DNA of 64,000 bases, taken from the NCBI GenBank assembly GCA_965203295.1, contig CBDBCZ010000013.1, positions 1 to 64,000 on the forward strand, read 5' to 3'. The translations under genes and the position numbers were made by a program. The DNA is from Nitrospirales bacterium (GTDB lineage: Bacteria > Nitrospirota > Nitrospiria > Nitrospirales > UBA8639). The notes under the pieces are model-generated. The model was not told the DNA's origin. It searched no databases and saw only the letters and a program-made list of their open reading frames with translations. Positions 52,012-64,000 of this stretch are shown piece after piece; positions within the stretch are counted from its first letter, which is position 1; each line of letters begins with the position of its first letter.

Positions 52012-52294
52012 TTAACCCCTGTCGTCGTAGAGGGGGCTGCAATGAGAAAAAAGGCAGACATACATCAACATGACATTCATGCATGAGAATTATCATAATA
52101 TAAGCTTACCAACGACGGCATTGATCGAAGTCATTGTATCGATAGCTAGCACCCACAACGGCACAGCAGTCAGCTACTTGTATACCCTCATAGGATGAAC
52201 CCGTACATCCATATGTTACATAACAAGTAGCCGCATTCGCAGCGGTGGTTAAAAATCCGGCCACGAGTACGCACACCAAAATATATACTTTCAT
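52012..52294 (-). CDS. Secreted 69-aa, 6-Cys mini-protein (TB/follistatin-N-like Cys spacing)
   Basis: Exon 52294-52110, 73-nt GT-AG intron, exon 52036-52012 give MKVYILVCVLVAGFLTTAANA-ATCYVTYGCTGSSYEGIQVADCCAVVGASYRYNDFDQCRRCPLYDDRG*. Confidence 0.75.
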
Positions 52295-52597
52295 CTTTGC
52301 CGTCGCGGATCGTAGCTACGATGTGAGTCGGTTGCTGCTGAAGTTTCGACGTCCGCTTTTCGTTTGGAGGCAGCTCGCTACCGTAAGCGAGGACACAGAC
52401 TTCAGGGCAGGCCTTTTCCAGGAAATATAATAGACCTTTTCCTTCTTCATGCACAGCCTGTCAAGAAATGCCCGTTTGTGCACGGACTGAGCTGATTAAT
52501 TAAGGCAGTTTTTAATTGAATTTCCTGGAGCTGTAAACCCTCATTAGATTGGTTAACCTTATTAGTGGCGGTCTTGAATCTTGTGCAAATAAAGACT

Positions 52598-52840
52598 GGT
52601 GAGACTGTGTACTACACTACCTGTATAGGTGGTGAGACTGTGTACTACACTACCTGTATAGGTGGTGAGACTGTGTACTACACTACCTGCATATGTGGTG
52701 AGACTGCATTTGTACTACACTACCTGCACATGTGGTGAGACTGTGCATGTACTATACACTACCTGTATATATACGTAGGTGGTGAGACACAATATACATT
52801 CTGCCTGTATGTGGTGGTACACTATATACTACACTACCTG
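52598..52840. repeat. ~31-bp degenerate tandem repeat
   Basis: GGTGGTGAGACTGTGTACTACACTACCTGTATA units. Confidence 0.85.
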
Positions 52841-54016
52841 AAGGTTTAATGGTACTGTACGCATAGGAAGAGTAGTATATAAATGTCACGCCTTTGTGGC
52901 TTTCTGGGATGGTGAGACTACACTACATGTACATACATGTATATTATATTACATACATGTAGGTGGTGAGACAGTATACACTAGCGTATAGCTAGCTACC
53001 TGTAGAAATTAAAAAAGCAAAGAGCTAATAACTATAACAGTACTAGCTTAATTGAACACATATAGTCATGCATGCAGGCAAGACCACCTGGCTTGGCCAG
53101 CCCACAAGACTAAATCTATCGCCCATTAACGTTGTTGGTTAGCTTACCACAGCTCAATCAGCAAGCAATTCAATTTTGTGCATGATTCGAAATACACACT
53201 ATTATTATACGTAATTGTGTCTCGGTACATTGAGGATCAATACTGGACATTGTATGGACGCTTCTCTAACTAGCTACATGTTACAGATATAATTATGTGT
53301 TCAAAGCTGCAGCTCAGAATTCTGGCTATAAATGCAATTGTACCGCAAATAGGCTTTGTCTTACCTTGTGGAGTATATATAGCTACTTAGACCCATAATG
53401 AAGTACAGAGTTTATTACCCAGCAATATAGCCGATAGCGTATATAGTGGGTAGAGCACTCAACTCCGGGCTGTGAGCTTATGTGTTCAAGTGGTGGCTGG
53501 TTGTCACATGGCCCAGGGTTCCGTTGGGGATATGATTCGAGGGTTGTCCATTTTTTTAACGTGTAGATCTAACATGTTACATTGCAATTGCTAAACTTAA
53601 ACGGCGAATGTAGTGCATGGTAGCGGTGCATGGGGTGAAGTCTTAGAGGCTGCAGCCTAGCTTCTCTCTGTTAGGCAGTGTGAGCACAGCGTCTAGCCAT
53701 AGATATTAGAGAGTACATGTGAAGATGGTTTTCACCGTCGAATCCTGACTCATTCATCTGGAATACGGATTCTAAGGGAAGTGTATATACTAGGTATCCA
53801 TTGTCATTCGTTAAAGCCGAGTCCTTCGTAATTTTAGCTGCAGTCTTACTTTCATGGATGCACTCTGCAAAATTTTAGCAACCAAGCTTGGTTACCTCAT
53901 GCAGTTGGAATTCAAGGGTATAATCACCTTATCTTCCATATAAAGGCACAGCCAGAAAGCTATATGTATGGCCACATAGTAGGAAGCCAGTCACTTGCAG
54001 GAAACATAACCTTTAA

Positions 54017-54990
<974 letters not shown>

Positions 54991-55060
54991 TTAACATGTT
55001 CCCATGTTACAGTAGCAACTTAGACATCTTGTTATTTCTGCCACTATACATGAGTGAATC

Positions 55061-55608
55061 GCCAGCTTGTACCCTTCACTCACCACACAGCTAGTTGCTG
55101 GAATAACAAGTGGACTTTGCTACATGGGAAACTACATGTCATTGGTTATGTGCCAGCATGTACCCTTCACTCACCCACACAGCTAGTTGCTGGAATAACA
55201 AGTGGACTTTGCTACATGGGAAACTACATGTCATTGGTTATGTGCCAGCTTGTACCCTTCACTCACCACACAGCTAGTTGCTGGAATAACAAGTGGACTT
55301 TGCTACATGGGAAACTACATGTCATTGGTTATGTGCCAGCATGTACCCTTCACTCACTGCACAGCTAGTTGCTGGAATAACAAGTGGACTTTGCTACATG
55401 GGAAACTACATGTCATTGGTTATGTGCCAGCATGTACCCTTCACTCACCCACACAGCTAGTTGCTGGAATAACAAGTGGAGTTTGCTACATGGGAAACTA
55501 CATGTCATTGGTTATGTGCCAGCTTGTACCCTTCACTCACCACACAGCTAGTTGCTGGAATAACAAGTGGACTTTGCTACATGGGAAACTACATGTCATT
55601 GGTTATGT
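55061..55608. repeat. ~90-bp minisatellite, about 6 copies
   Basis: Unit contains CACAGCTAGTTGCTGGAATAACAAGTGGACTTTGCTACATGGGAAACTACATGTCATTGGTTATG. Confidence 0.95.
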
Positions 55609-56814
55609 TTCCTGTGACTGGCTTCCTATGGTAAAACTGTGTGCCTATGCATACAGGCTTAGCCTCTTTCCCAGGCTCCACCCCCCAGCTTTTAACCCCA
55701 AAGCTGGGGGGGGGGGGGGGGTGGAGCCTGGGAATGAGGCTATGCAGTATGCAGGCTAGCTTTGTGGGGGTGTCTTTATATGAAATATGAGGTGAATGAC
55801 CCTTGAACTGCAACTGAGGCAACCATGCAAGGTTGGTTAATTAAAACAGCCCTACACAGTGACGCCCATGCAGACAACATTTATTAGCTACGTGCAGCTC
55901 TGACTCTACCTCCGGAGATATAAGCTGCGGAGGCCCGCTACTAGACTAACTATCGGAATTACACTCTATACTTTACTCATTCAGAGCAGAGGTATAAGCG
56001 TTTTGCATATAGTATCACATGTCAAAAAATCACTTAATGATGTGACCTATAGCTACCTTCTTTGGGGGCTACAATTACCACGATTAAAAGTAAAGCACCA
56101 TATATGGAATTCATGCACTTGCACTGGGCAGGTGCAGATGCATGCCATGCATATGGTTTCTTTATTACCAGTTTAGGAAGAATAGGGTGATATATTGGAC
56201 TAGTTTGTCCAGATTCCCTCTTTTGACCATAATTATATAGGCCTTCGTTTGAGAGCTACATAAGGTCAGAGATGGTGGAGGTATGAGACCCTGTATAGAG
56301 CAATGTGGTGGTGTGTTAAAATTGGGATACAAGTGGGTGGTTTGTTGTTACATCAACCAGTGTTAATAGCTACTTTTCTCTCAGGACACCAGGTGGTTGG
56401 CTAATTCTCTAGACATAATGTGGTATTGCAGAAGCTATAGGTTTTGAATATTATAGCCAGTATCATTAGCCACCCAAAATCATGGCAAATGTGTAGAGTT
56501 AGCTATACTGCATGCAAGTTGCTCTGAAATTATATGCCACCACTATAATAGGACTGCAGTACGTACACAGTTTTTGTGAGCCACTCTACCTACGTATTGC
56601 TCCAGTTAGACTATTCATGGCTAAGGAACTCGACACAGGAGAGTGCACAAGAGTAAATGATATGGACTTGCCTCTAATTCAATGAAGAATCCTATTTTGT
56701 ATTCAATCTCTGAAGTAAACAGTTTAGGAATGCTGAATTTCTGCATAGAATATAGTTGTAAAGGGAACCTGAAATGTCAATATCGTATGCAGTTGGCAGC
56801 TGGTGCTATAGCAT

Positions 56815-57003
56815 TTAATGTACATTACCATGGCAACCACTTTTTCCCACGCTTATAACACTCAAAGAAGGCCATATACAGAGATCATTGCTATACCAAT
56901 GTACATTAAATCAGTTAAAGGTCAGTTTGGGTGAGGGGTTAAAATCCTCGGCTTCGCCTCGGACTTTAAATTCCCCTCACCCAAACTGACCTTTAACTAT
57001 TAC
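56815..57003 (+). mobile_element. ~190-bp repeat: inverted repeats plus long terminal hairpin
   Basis: AGTTAAAGGTCAGTTTGGGTGAGGGG ... CCCCTCACCCAAACTGACCTTTAACT hairpin; three copies in the window. Confidence 0.8.
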
Positions 57004-57421
57004 TTACATAAGTCCACATAAATTACAAATTTGGGGGAAAACATAGAGGTGTGACTGCAAGAAAAAACCAAACTTTATATAGGAAGGTCAGCTATTATTG
57101 AAATTCTGTAGTTAGGTCATAAAGCCTATCTATGGTTAGGTCAACTCATAGCCTCGTTTCTAGGCTCTTGTGCAAGAACTTGGGAATGAGGTAGTCAGCT
57201 CACTATACTGATAGAGCTATATATGTATAGCTTATGTCATATCCAACTCAGAGGTTGGCGCTTAATATAGGCAAATCAGGAATATGAACATTTATAGGTA
57301 ATTTAGATACTTCTGCTTGAAGCATTGTTACAGTAGCTGCATTAGCTGGTATAAAAGAGCTCACCATTCAATAGCTATACACTACAGAGGAAGTTTAACT
57401 ACTGTCTACGGAGCCGGCAAA

Positions 57422-60400
57422 ATGAAGCATTCTGCATTTCTACTTGCGCTGGTTTGCGCAGCAGCCGCAGTAGCGGTAGGAAAAGCACCATTTCGAAGCC
57501 AGCGATCACCTGCAGGTAATAAAGGTTTGCTGCAGCTAGTTATTCCGTACTCTTTGATAGTGGAGTAGAAGTATATACTGTATGCATGTCTTTGAAATAC
57601 AGCCTGAATCTATCTGTGTGATTTAATCATTGCAGCTGTTTCAATTTGCAGATACCATTTCAAACTATGATGTTGTGTCACCTATCGTCACTCACAAGGA
57701 GGGGAATGGGGTATGTTTTACTTTAGCATAAACTCTTAATTGTACTGTTTACGTATAGCACTCGTAATTAGTATAGTAGCATTCGTAATTAGCATTGTAT
57801 TCCACAGCGTCATCCCCACAAGCTGGAAATCAAGATATCAGTAGCTGATGAGACTATCAAGCTAAACCTGGAGATGAACGTGTAAGTTAGTAATAACATC
57901 AGAATTCTGCAGTTCTTACAAGTACTCTCCATTACAGTTCTGAGTAGCACAATGCAGCGTGGTTTAAAAGTATATGATTCCTATATAGTATCCTTCCCTT
58001 CCTCTTGCAGTGATCTGATTGCTCCACATTTCAAATCGACACATTACGATAATGCAGGACGAAAAATCTTGACCAAGGTATGTTTTTTATACTATGGTAT
58101 GCATTACAGCAGTATAGGTTTGCAGTGAGTGACTGTGCTTCATAATCAAGTGTGTCAACGTTAACTGCTCGATGTAAAGTATATGTTGCTGTCATCTTTA
58201 CCTACGCTGTAGGATTTTGAAAACTGCTACTACCATGGAGCAGTGGAAGGACATCCGGAGTGGATTGTTACCATGAGTACCTGCCAGGGTCTGCAGTAAG
58301 TGAATAAAATATAATAGTGCACTATATATATAGTACCAATATTTCATAAGTTTGGGGCACTTTAGAGGCCTCTTGCTTGCTTGGTGTACCGAAATAGCCT
58401 GCATTATAATGAATGCGTGACATTGGTGTAAAAAATAGTTGCTTTAAAGATTGACAATTCTCACAGGGGGTCTTTTGGAGATATCAAAGACAAAGAGAAT
58501 TTCTACCAATTGGAGCCATTCAACAACAATGATACTTCAGTTAGTCATCCAATTGTGTCATTTTATATTCAGTATAACATATAGACACGACTGATTTGAC
58601 ACTTTAGCTGGAGCAGCTCCACGCTCTCTACCTGACCTCAGAGTATCAGGACCATGAAAGCCACTGTGGTATTAAATCATGTTTTATACATGCCTATATG
58701 CATGCCATGGCCTTCATTATAGCGCGTGCTGCATGAGCAAGTCTGAGTGTGGTTCTTTACTGCATGCAGGGACTAGTCACAACCATGATAAGCACAACGC
58801 TGTGGATTGGTCTCGTTTGCATGGAGTAAACACGACAGAGGTTCGTTACACTATGTAGTATGGTGTGGAAGACTAAAATACACGCCTGCATGATGCTGTT
58901 TTAATTTTTTTTTTTAAATTTATGCACTGTAGCTTTGTGTTCGTCGACAATCCAGCACAACACAATATCTTGAGTTGGCGGTAGTCAATGACTTTGCACA
59001 GGTTAGTGAACTGCTATATAGAACTGTGTGTATATGTGTGTATGTTTAATATGTATAATTAAATATGTACCCCAGTGTAACTTATCTATCTCCTTACAGT
59101 TCAATGTACATAATCAAGACCTTGCAAGCACAGTACGAAGAGCACTTGACCTGGTAAACATGGCTGATAATGTAAGTCTGCTACATGTATGATCCCACTA
59201 TATTTCATGCACACTAACGCAGTTTTAATGGACCAATTACATATTACTGGTACTATCTCTCCCACAGTTATTCCGTTCACTCAATATTCGTATCATACTG
59301 GTGGATGCTATTACATGGACCAATGGTGACCATATTTCTATTTCAACCAACCCTGAAGTATTATTGGATCGCTTTGTGGACTACAAACCACGAATTACAT
59401 CCCAACATGATGCTGCCATGCTGATTACGTAAGTCTTAAATTCACCATCAGGAGAAAGCAGCTTTAAGTCTCTCTACTCCAATAATTTTTTTGTCATGTG
59501 CAAGTAATAAGACTTTGCCAATGTATTTAATTTTACTGTGGTACTATATACTGATGATCTTATACAGTGGCATAGACATTGCTGGATCTACTGTGGGATT
59601 GGCCTTTATCAATGCAATATGCGGTAAACATGGCGTCGGGCTAACTCAGGACACTCGCCGTCCTGTGGATTCTGTGGGCGAAACCATGGCTCATGAACTA
59701 GGACATCTATTTGGAATGAATCATGATGATGGAAGTAAGTGTACAGTGTTTGCATATATGTGCCAATGGAACAGCTATAAATACTTAAATTCATGCAGTG
59801 TGGCATGTACTTCACTATGTGGTCATATTAATCTCGAAGTTCATTCTGTTCTTTTCTTGAGTTGGTTGCGAAATACTCCATACTGCATGTGTTTTCTTGC
59901 ACAGGATCGTGTAGCTGTAAAGGCCGGTGCATCATGGCTGCAGTTTCTAGTTTTTCTCCTGCAACAGCTTGGAGCTCATGTAGCAGAAGCGATCTGAATA
60001 ACGGACTGTTTGGATCCAACAATCTCCAACGGTGTCTCGGAAATGCACCAACAGTAACTGTAGGAGACCCTGTGTGTGGGAATGGCATCCAAGAGGAAGG
60101 GGAAGCGTGTGACTGTGGCAGGCCAGAGGTTAGCTTGTGTAAAACGTCTTCTCGAGTTGGTGAAAATGACGATGCTGGGTTCTCCACACAGGAATGTACT
60201 GATCCCTGCTGCAATGCTAGGACATGTCAGCTGGCTGATGGTGCCGAGTGTGGCGCAGGCCCCTGCTGCCATTCCAACTGTCAGTTTAAGTCATACGGCA
60301 CCACCTGCAGAGCAGCCAGTGGGCAGTGTGATATTGAAGAGTACTGTTTGGGAGACAGTTAAGAGTGCCCAGTAGATACCGGTCTACAGGATGGAACTCC

Positions 60401-62852
60401 CTGCAACAGTGACACTGCCTACTGCTATGACGAAGTGTGTCAGACTTATGATGAACAATGCTACTTGCACTTTGGTATGATTGTATATATGCCGTGTGTA
60501 GCGTACATATACATGCTTGCATGTGTAAAGATTTCTTCAATTATTTCTTTCTGTGCAGCTACTACGAAGGGAGCTGATGGATGTTACTCAGCGTACAATA
60601 CACGAGGAGACCAGTTTGGCAACTGTGGGCATACAGCTTCAGGATTTATTCCCTGCTCTCAAAGGTGTGTGATTGCATGCAAAGGACGTTTGCATATGCA
60701 CACATACATAATTTAACACTAACTCTCTCCCATTATAGTGATGTCCAATGTGGCCAGCTGCACTGTGTTGTTGGAGACTACCAGCAAACTGCAGACGTCT
60801 CAGTGAGAATCGGCACAGTTTCTGTTTATAATCCTTCAACACGAAGTTTTGACCGATGCCGGTAAGCCAATAAATGCAAAATGATTGGGTCTATACCTAG
60901 CCATTTGTGGCCTCTTCTATTACTCTCATAGCTCATTCACAAGTTTGCCTGGCTCAGATGAGATGAGTCCTGGTCTGGTACAAGATGGAACAAAGTGTGG
61001 GAATGATAAGGTATGTCCTCACATGATGTGCTTGCATGTGGTGGCTAAAGGCATGTCAGGAGTGCATAATTCTACACATTATTATAAATATGCCTCATCT
61101 ATGGATGTATGCATAGTAATCTGTAGTGCAGAGACAAATGTTTATTTCGTGAAATTTCTCCTTCAGTTGTGCCTCCACCAGCGCTGTGTTTCCAGGTCAT
61201 ATCTCAATGTACCGGCCTGCCCTACAGGGAGCGATGGATTGATCTGTTCTGGAAATGGGGTATGTAGCACATTTATCCTGTCATCAGCGTGTTCTCTAGT
61301 ATTTGCAACATGCATGTGTGTCTCTCTCTTAATGCAGCAATGTAACACCAAAGGACAGTGTTCTTGTGATGTAGGGTTTGTCGGAAGCGCTTGCCAGAGT
61401 ACACCTTCAGGACCAGGTGTGTGTCTACAAGTTTTTGCTTATTAATAGTGACTCACTTATTGTCTTATCTGCTCTAGATGCTAATAAATGCAATGCAAAC
61501 AATGGGGGCTGTGCACAGATATGTACCAACGCACCAGGATTACGAGTGTGTAGTTGTAGAGATGGATTTACCTTGGCTAGTGATGGAAGAAATTGTCAAG
61601 GTTGGAAATACTAGTAATCACTGCTATAGCTACATTATATACTTTAAATTTAAATATCATATACACTTCTTCTTCTAGAGCATCTCACTGTTAGCATAAC
61701 TGTTAACTACATCCGTCCTGCTGACTTCAATGGTGGTCCCAATGAGTACAGGGAAGGCTCTGGTCCCGTGACTGTCACCTGCACAGCCACAGGGCTGGGA
61801 ACTGGGGCTATCAGTTACCGGTGGTCATCCACCTGTAAGAGTTGTCCCTTCCAGTCTGCAACAACGAGGTCAATCAGACGAGCTGCAGTTCACTTCAGTG
61901 ACACTGGTACCCACACTTGTGAGGCCACTCGAAATGGAATCACTGCTAGTGCAAGTATTAACTTTCAAGTTGTAGGTAAGTTACTGTCTAAACTCCTTAC
62001 ACCTGTATACTGATGAAAGTAGCAGTCTTTACTATTTTCTCAATTATATAGATTCTGGAATACAGCTCTTCAGAGTCAGTAGTCTCACAAACAATGGTCT
62101 TGCTATTTCTGAAAATCCTGAAAGTGGATTTCGTCTTTACATCGTTTGCCGTTCCGATTCAACGTCTGGAAATGTTGGGCAGTTTATTGGACTGAACGGG
62201 AATATTCTCACTAGCAATAGCTTCTTTGCCGTAACCAGTCCACAACCTGGTGAAATAGCAGTAGAGAACATTATTGGCTCACACAGTGAGCTAATAGCCA
62301 GCCAGCAGGGTGTGTACACCTGCCGCATACCTTTTCAAGGTGGTGAAATGAGGGAGATCAATATTGGAGTATACCCCAATGGATTTAATAGTGAGTACCC
62401 TTAGCTATATCTGCGATGTGTACGTAGATAGTCTGCAATTGGTGATGCATGCTTGACTAATTGTAAAATGGATTCCTGATGTACATATCCAGACTGTCTA
62501 TGGGACGGTCACTTGAATTTCGTCATTAATTTTTCTTTCTTCAGCTCGACCTAGGATTGCATCAATGACCTTGCGGGAAACGTCAAGCTCATCCTTCACC
62601 CTTACCTGCACTTCCACTGGTTCCCCTGCCACCTCTGTGACCTGGAGGAGGGATGGACAGTTACTGACCATTGTTGGAAACACCTTTGAAATGATGCAGA
62701 TGGTGACTAACAGGGCTGAATCTACATATGAGAATGTGCTCATTATTGATCAACCACGAGCCAATTTTGCAGGCAGCACCATTGGTTGCGAGGTTAAAAA
62801 CTTACTTGGAACTGCTACAGGTGTGTACCTCTCTCCTGGCAGAGATCAATAG
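57422..62852 (+). CDS. ADAM-like metalloprotease-disintegrin with extra EGF and three Ig-like domains; in-frame TAA at 60360-60362 (possible pseudogene, null allele or base error)
   Basis: About 23 exons: signal peptide, prodomain (CYYHG, HCG switch), VRR, HELGHLFGMNHD zinc motif and CIM Met-turn, CGNGIQEEGEACDCG disintegrin, Cys-rich domain, EGF, CNANNGGCAQIC EGF, Ig-like exons at 61679-61975, 62052-62390 and 62544-62852. Confidence 0.88.
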
Positions 62853-63290
62853 CTAGCTGAAGTCTCTTATTTGCATTTACGTGTCATTCCAACTTGAGTA
62901 GCAAATAAAATTACTGAAAAAAAGGAGTAAGTATATATATATGGCACATGCAGCTAGTCAAAATAGATGCAGTAAGTATAGCATGTTACGTGCAATGATT
63001 ATTAATATTCTTCTTTTTCTTTCCCTTTTCAGTAACTTCACGAATTTAATTCTCCCATTGAACAAACTCTAACCATTGTAATTTTTTGTAAGAATATTAA
63101 CATCACAAATTTAGGTCTTTCGTTGAACAAGCTAATAAGTATAGAAGTTTATTTTTTATATGCATGCAGTAAGTGTGATCCTAATCATTGTAATTTTTTT
63201 TAGTGAATATTTTTGGCAATAAAGTTATTATACTGTACTACATACTGATCCAGGTTATTACATTTTAGTCACATGATCATGACTTCCAGT

Positions 63291-63341
63291 TAGTCTCGCG
63301 GGCCAGACGATTTTTGTTTGATCGTTTGGCCCACAAGACTA
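63291..63341. mobile_element. Hairpin MITE with 9-bp TSD
   Basis: TAGTCTCG..CAAGACTA flanked by ACTTCCAGT twice. Confidence 0.85.
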
Positions 63342-63599
63342 ACTTCCAGTGTGTTCATGTATATAGCTGACACACTTTAACTCACAATGGCTGTTCTGCC
63401 TGATACCATTGAAGTGAATTCTGCCTGCCCGCTCGAAACCACACAGGGCTGCTCCAACAACTTTTTTCTCCAACTTCGTAAACTTAGTATGCGCTCCTGG
63501 ACACTAGTACAGGTTGTTGCACAGAAGATGTGTAAACCCGCCCCTTTTAGTCAAGGGTGTGTTGCCTGTATCATGTTTGTGTAACCTTACAGGTATGTT

Positions 63600-64000
63600 C
63601 AAAAGCCATTTTTGGCAACCTTGGGGTCAACAAAAATTGCCAAAAATGGAAATTTTTTGAATACCAATTGCCAATAAGTTTAGCTGAAGCACTCATAATT
63701 GCCACTTTTGGCAATAATAGATAGTGGTAAAATTGCCATTATTGGCAATATAGGGTGTTCTGTCCCCTATAGGAAGCTGAAGGCACATCATTGCCACTTT
63801 TGGCAATAATTGGTTGAGTTTAAATTGCCATTATTGGCAATATAGGGTGTTCTATTCCCTATAGGAAGCTGAAGCTCTTATTATTGCCACTTTTGGCAAT
63901 AATTGGTTGAGTTTAAATTGCCATTATTGGCAATATAGGGTGTTCATAATTGCACATAATTGCCACTTTTGGCAAAAAGTGGCAATTATGTGCCTTCAGC
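63600..64000. repeat. Array of ATTGCCA-N-TGGCAAT palindromic units, continuing past the window
   Basis: Alternating ATTGCCACTTTTGGCAAT / ATTGCCATTATTGGCAAT in ~90-bp higher-order units; possibly transposon subterminal repeats. Confidence 0.8.

Noticed and set aside
55054..55759. Repetitive 104-185-aa ORFs (also 4102-4374, 45025-45497, 42742 and 43652)
   Set aside because: Products of tandem repeats or duplications with frame-shifting units and no domain signal.

Overview
Intron-rich eukaryotic DNA (about 40% GC, short GT-AG introns, many MITEs and microsatellites). Gene content suggests a demosponge; this is an inference from gene families, not a database result. Genes were assembled by hand from splice sites and translation: (1) a minus-strand gene with SIM-like, coiled-coil and UBX-like segments (~0.5-3.2 kb); (2) two near-identical intronless 610-aa Cys-rich multipass membrane genes in a segmental duplication; (3) a divergent 17-exon ammonium transporter (15046-29721) with a second intact candidate terminal exon (31047-31313) and a frameshifted third copy upstream (9329-9567); (4) an MBOAT1/2-like acyltransferase; (5) SPEF1/CLAMP; (6) a 2-exon, 69-aa secreted 6-Cys TB/follistatin-N-like mini-protein missed as a whole by the ORF track; (7) an ADAM-type protease with extra EGF and Ig domains, no visible TM segment and an in-frame TAA in the disintegrin domain. 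Non-coding DNA carries hairpin elements with 9-bp target duplications (16-390 bp), piggyBac-, Kolobok-, Tc1/mariner-, Helitron- and Helentron-type non-autonomous elements, a possible Ngaro-type remnant and many tandem arrays. No CRISPR array, rRNA or intact tRNA was found. Exon coordinates were read by eye and may be off by a few bases.
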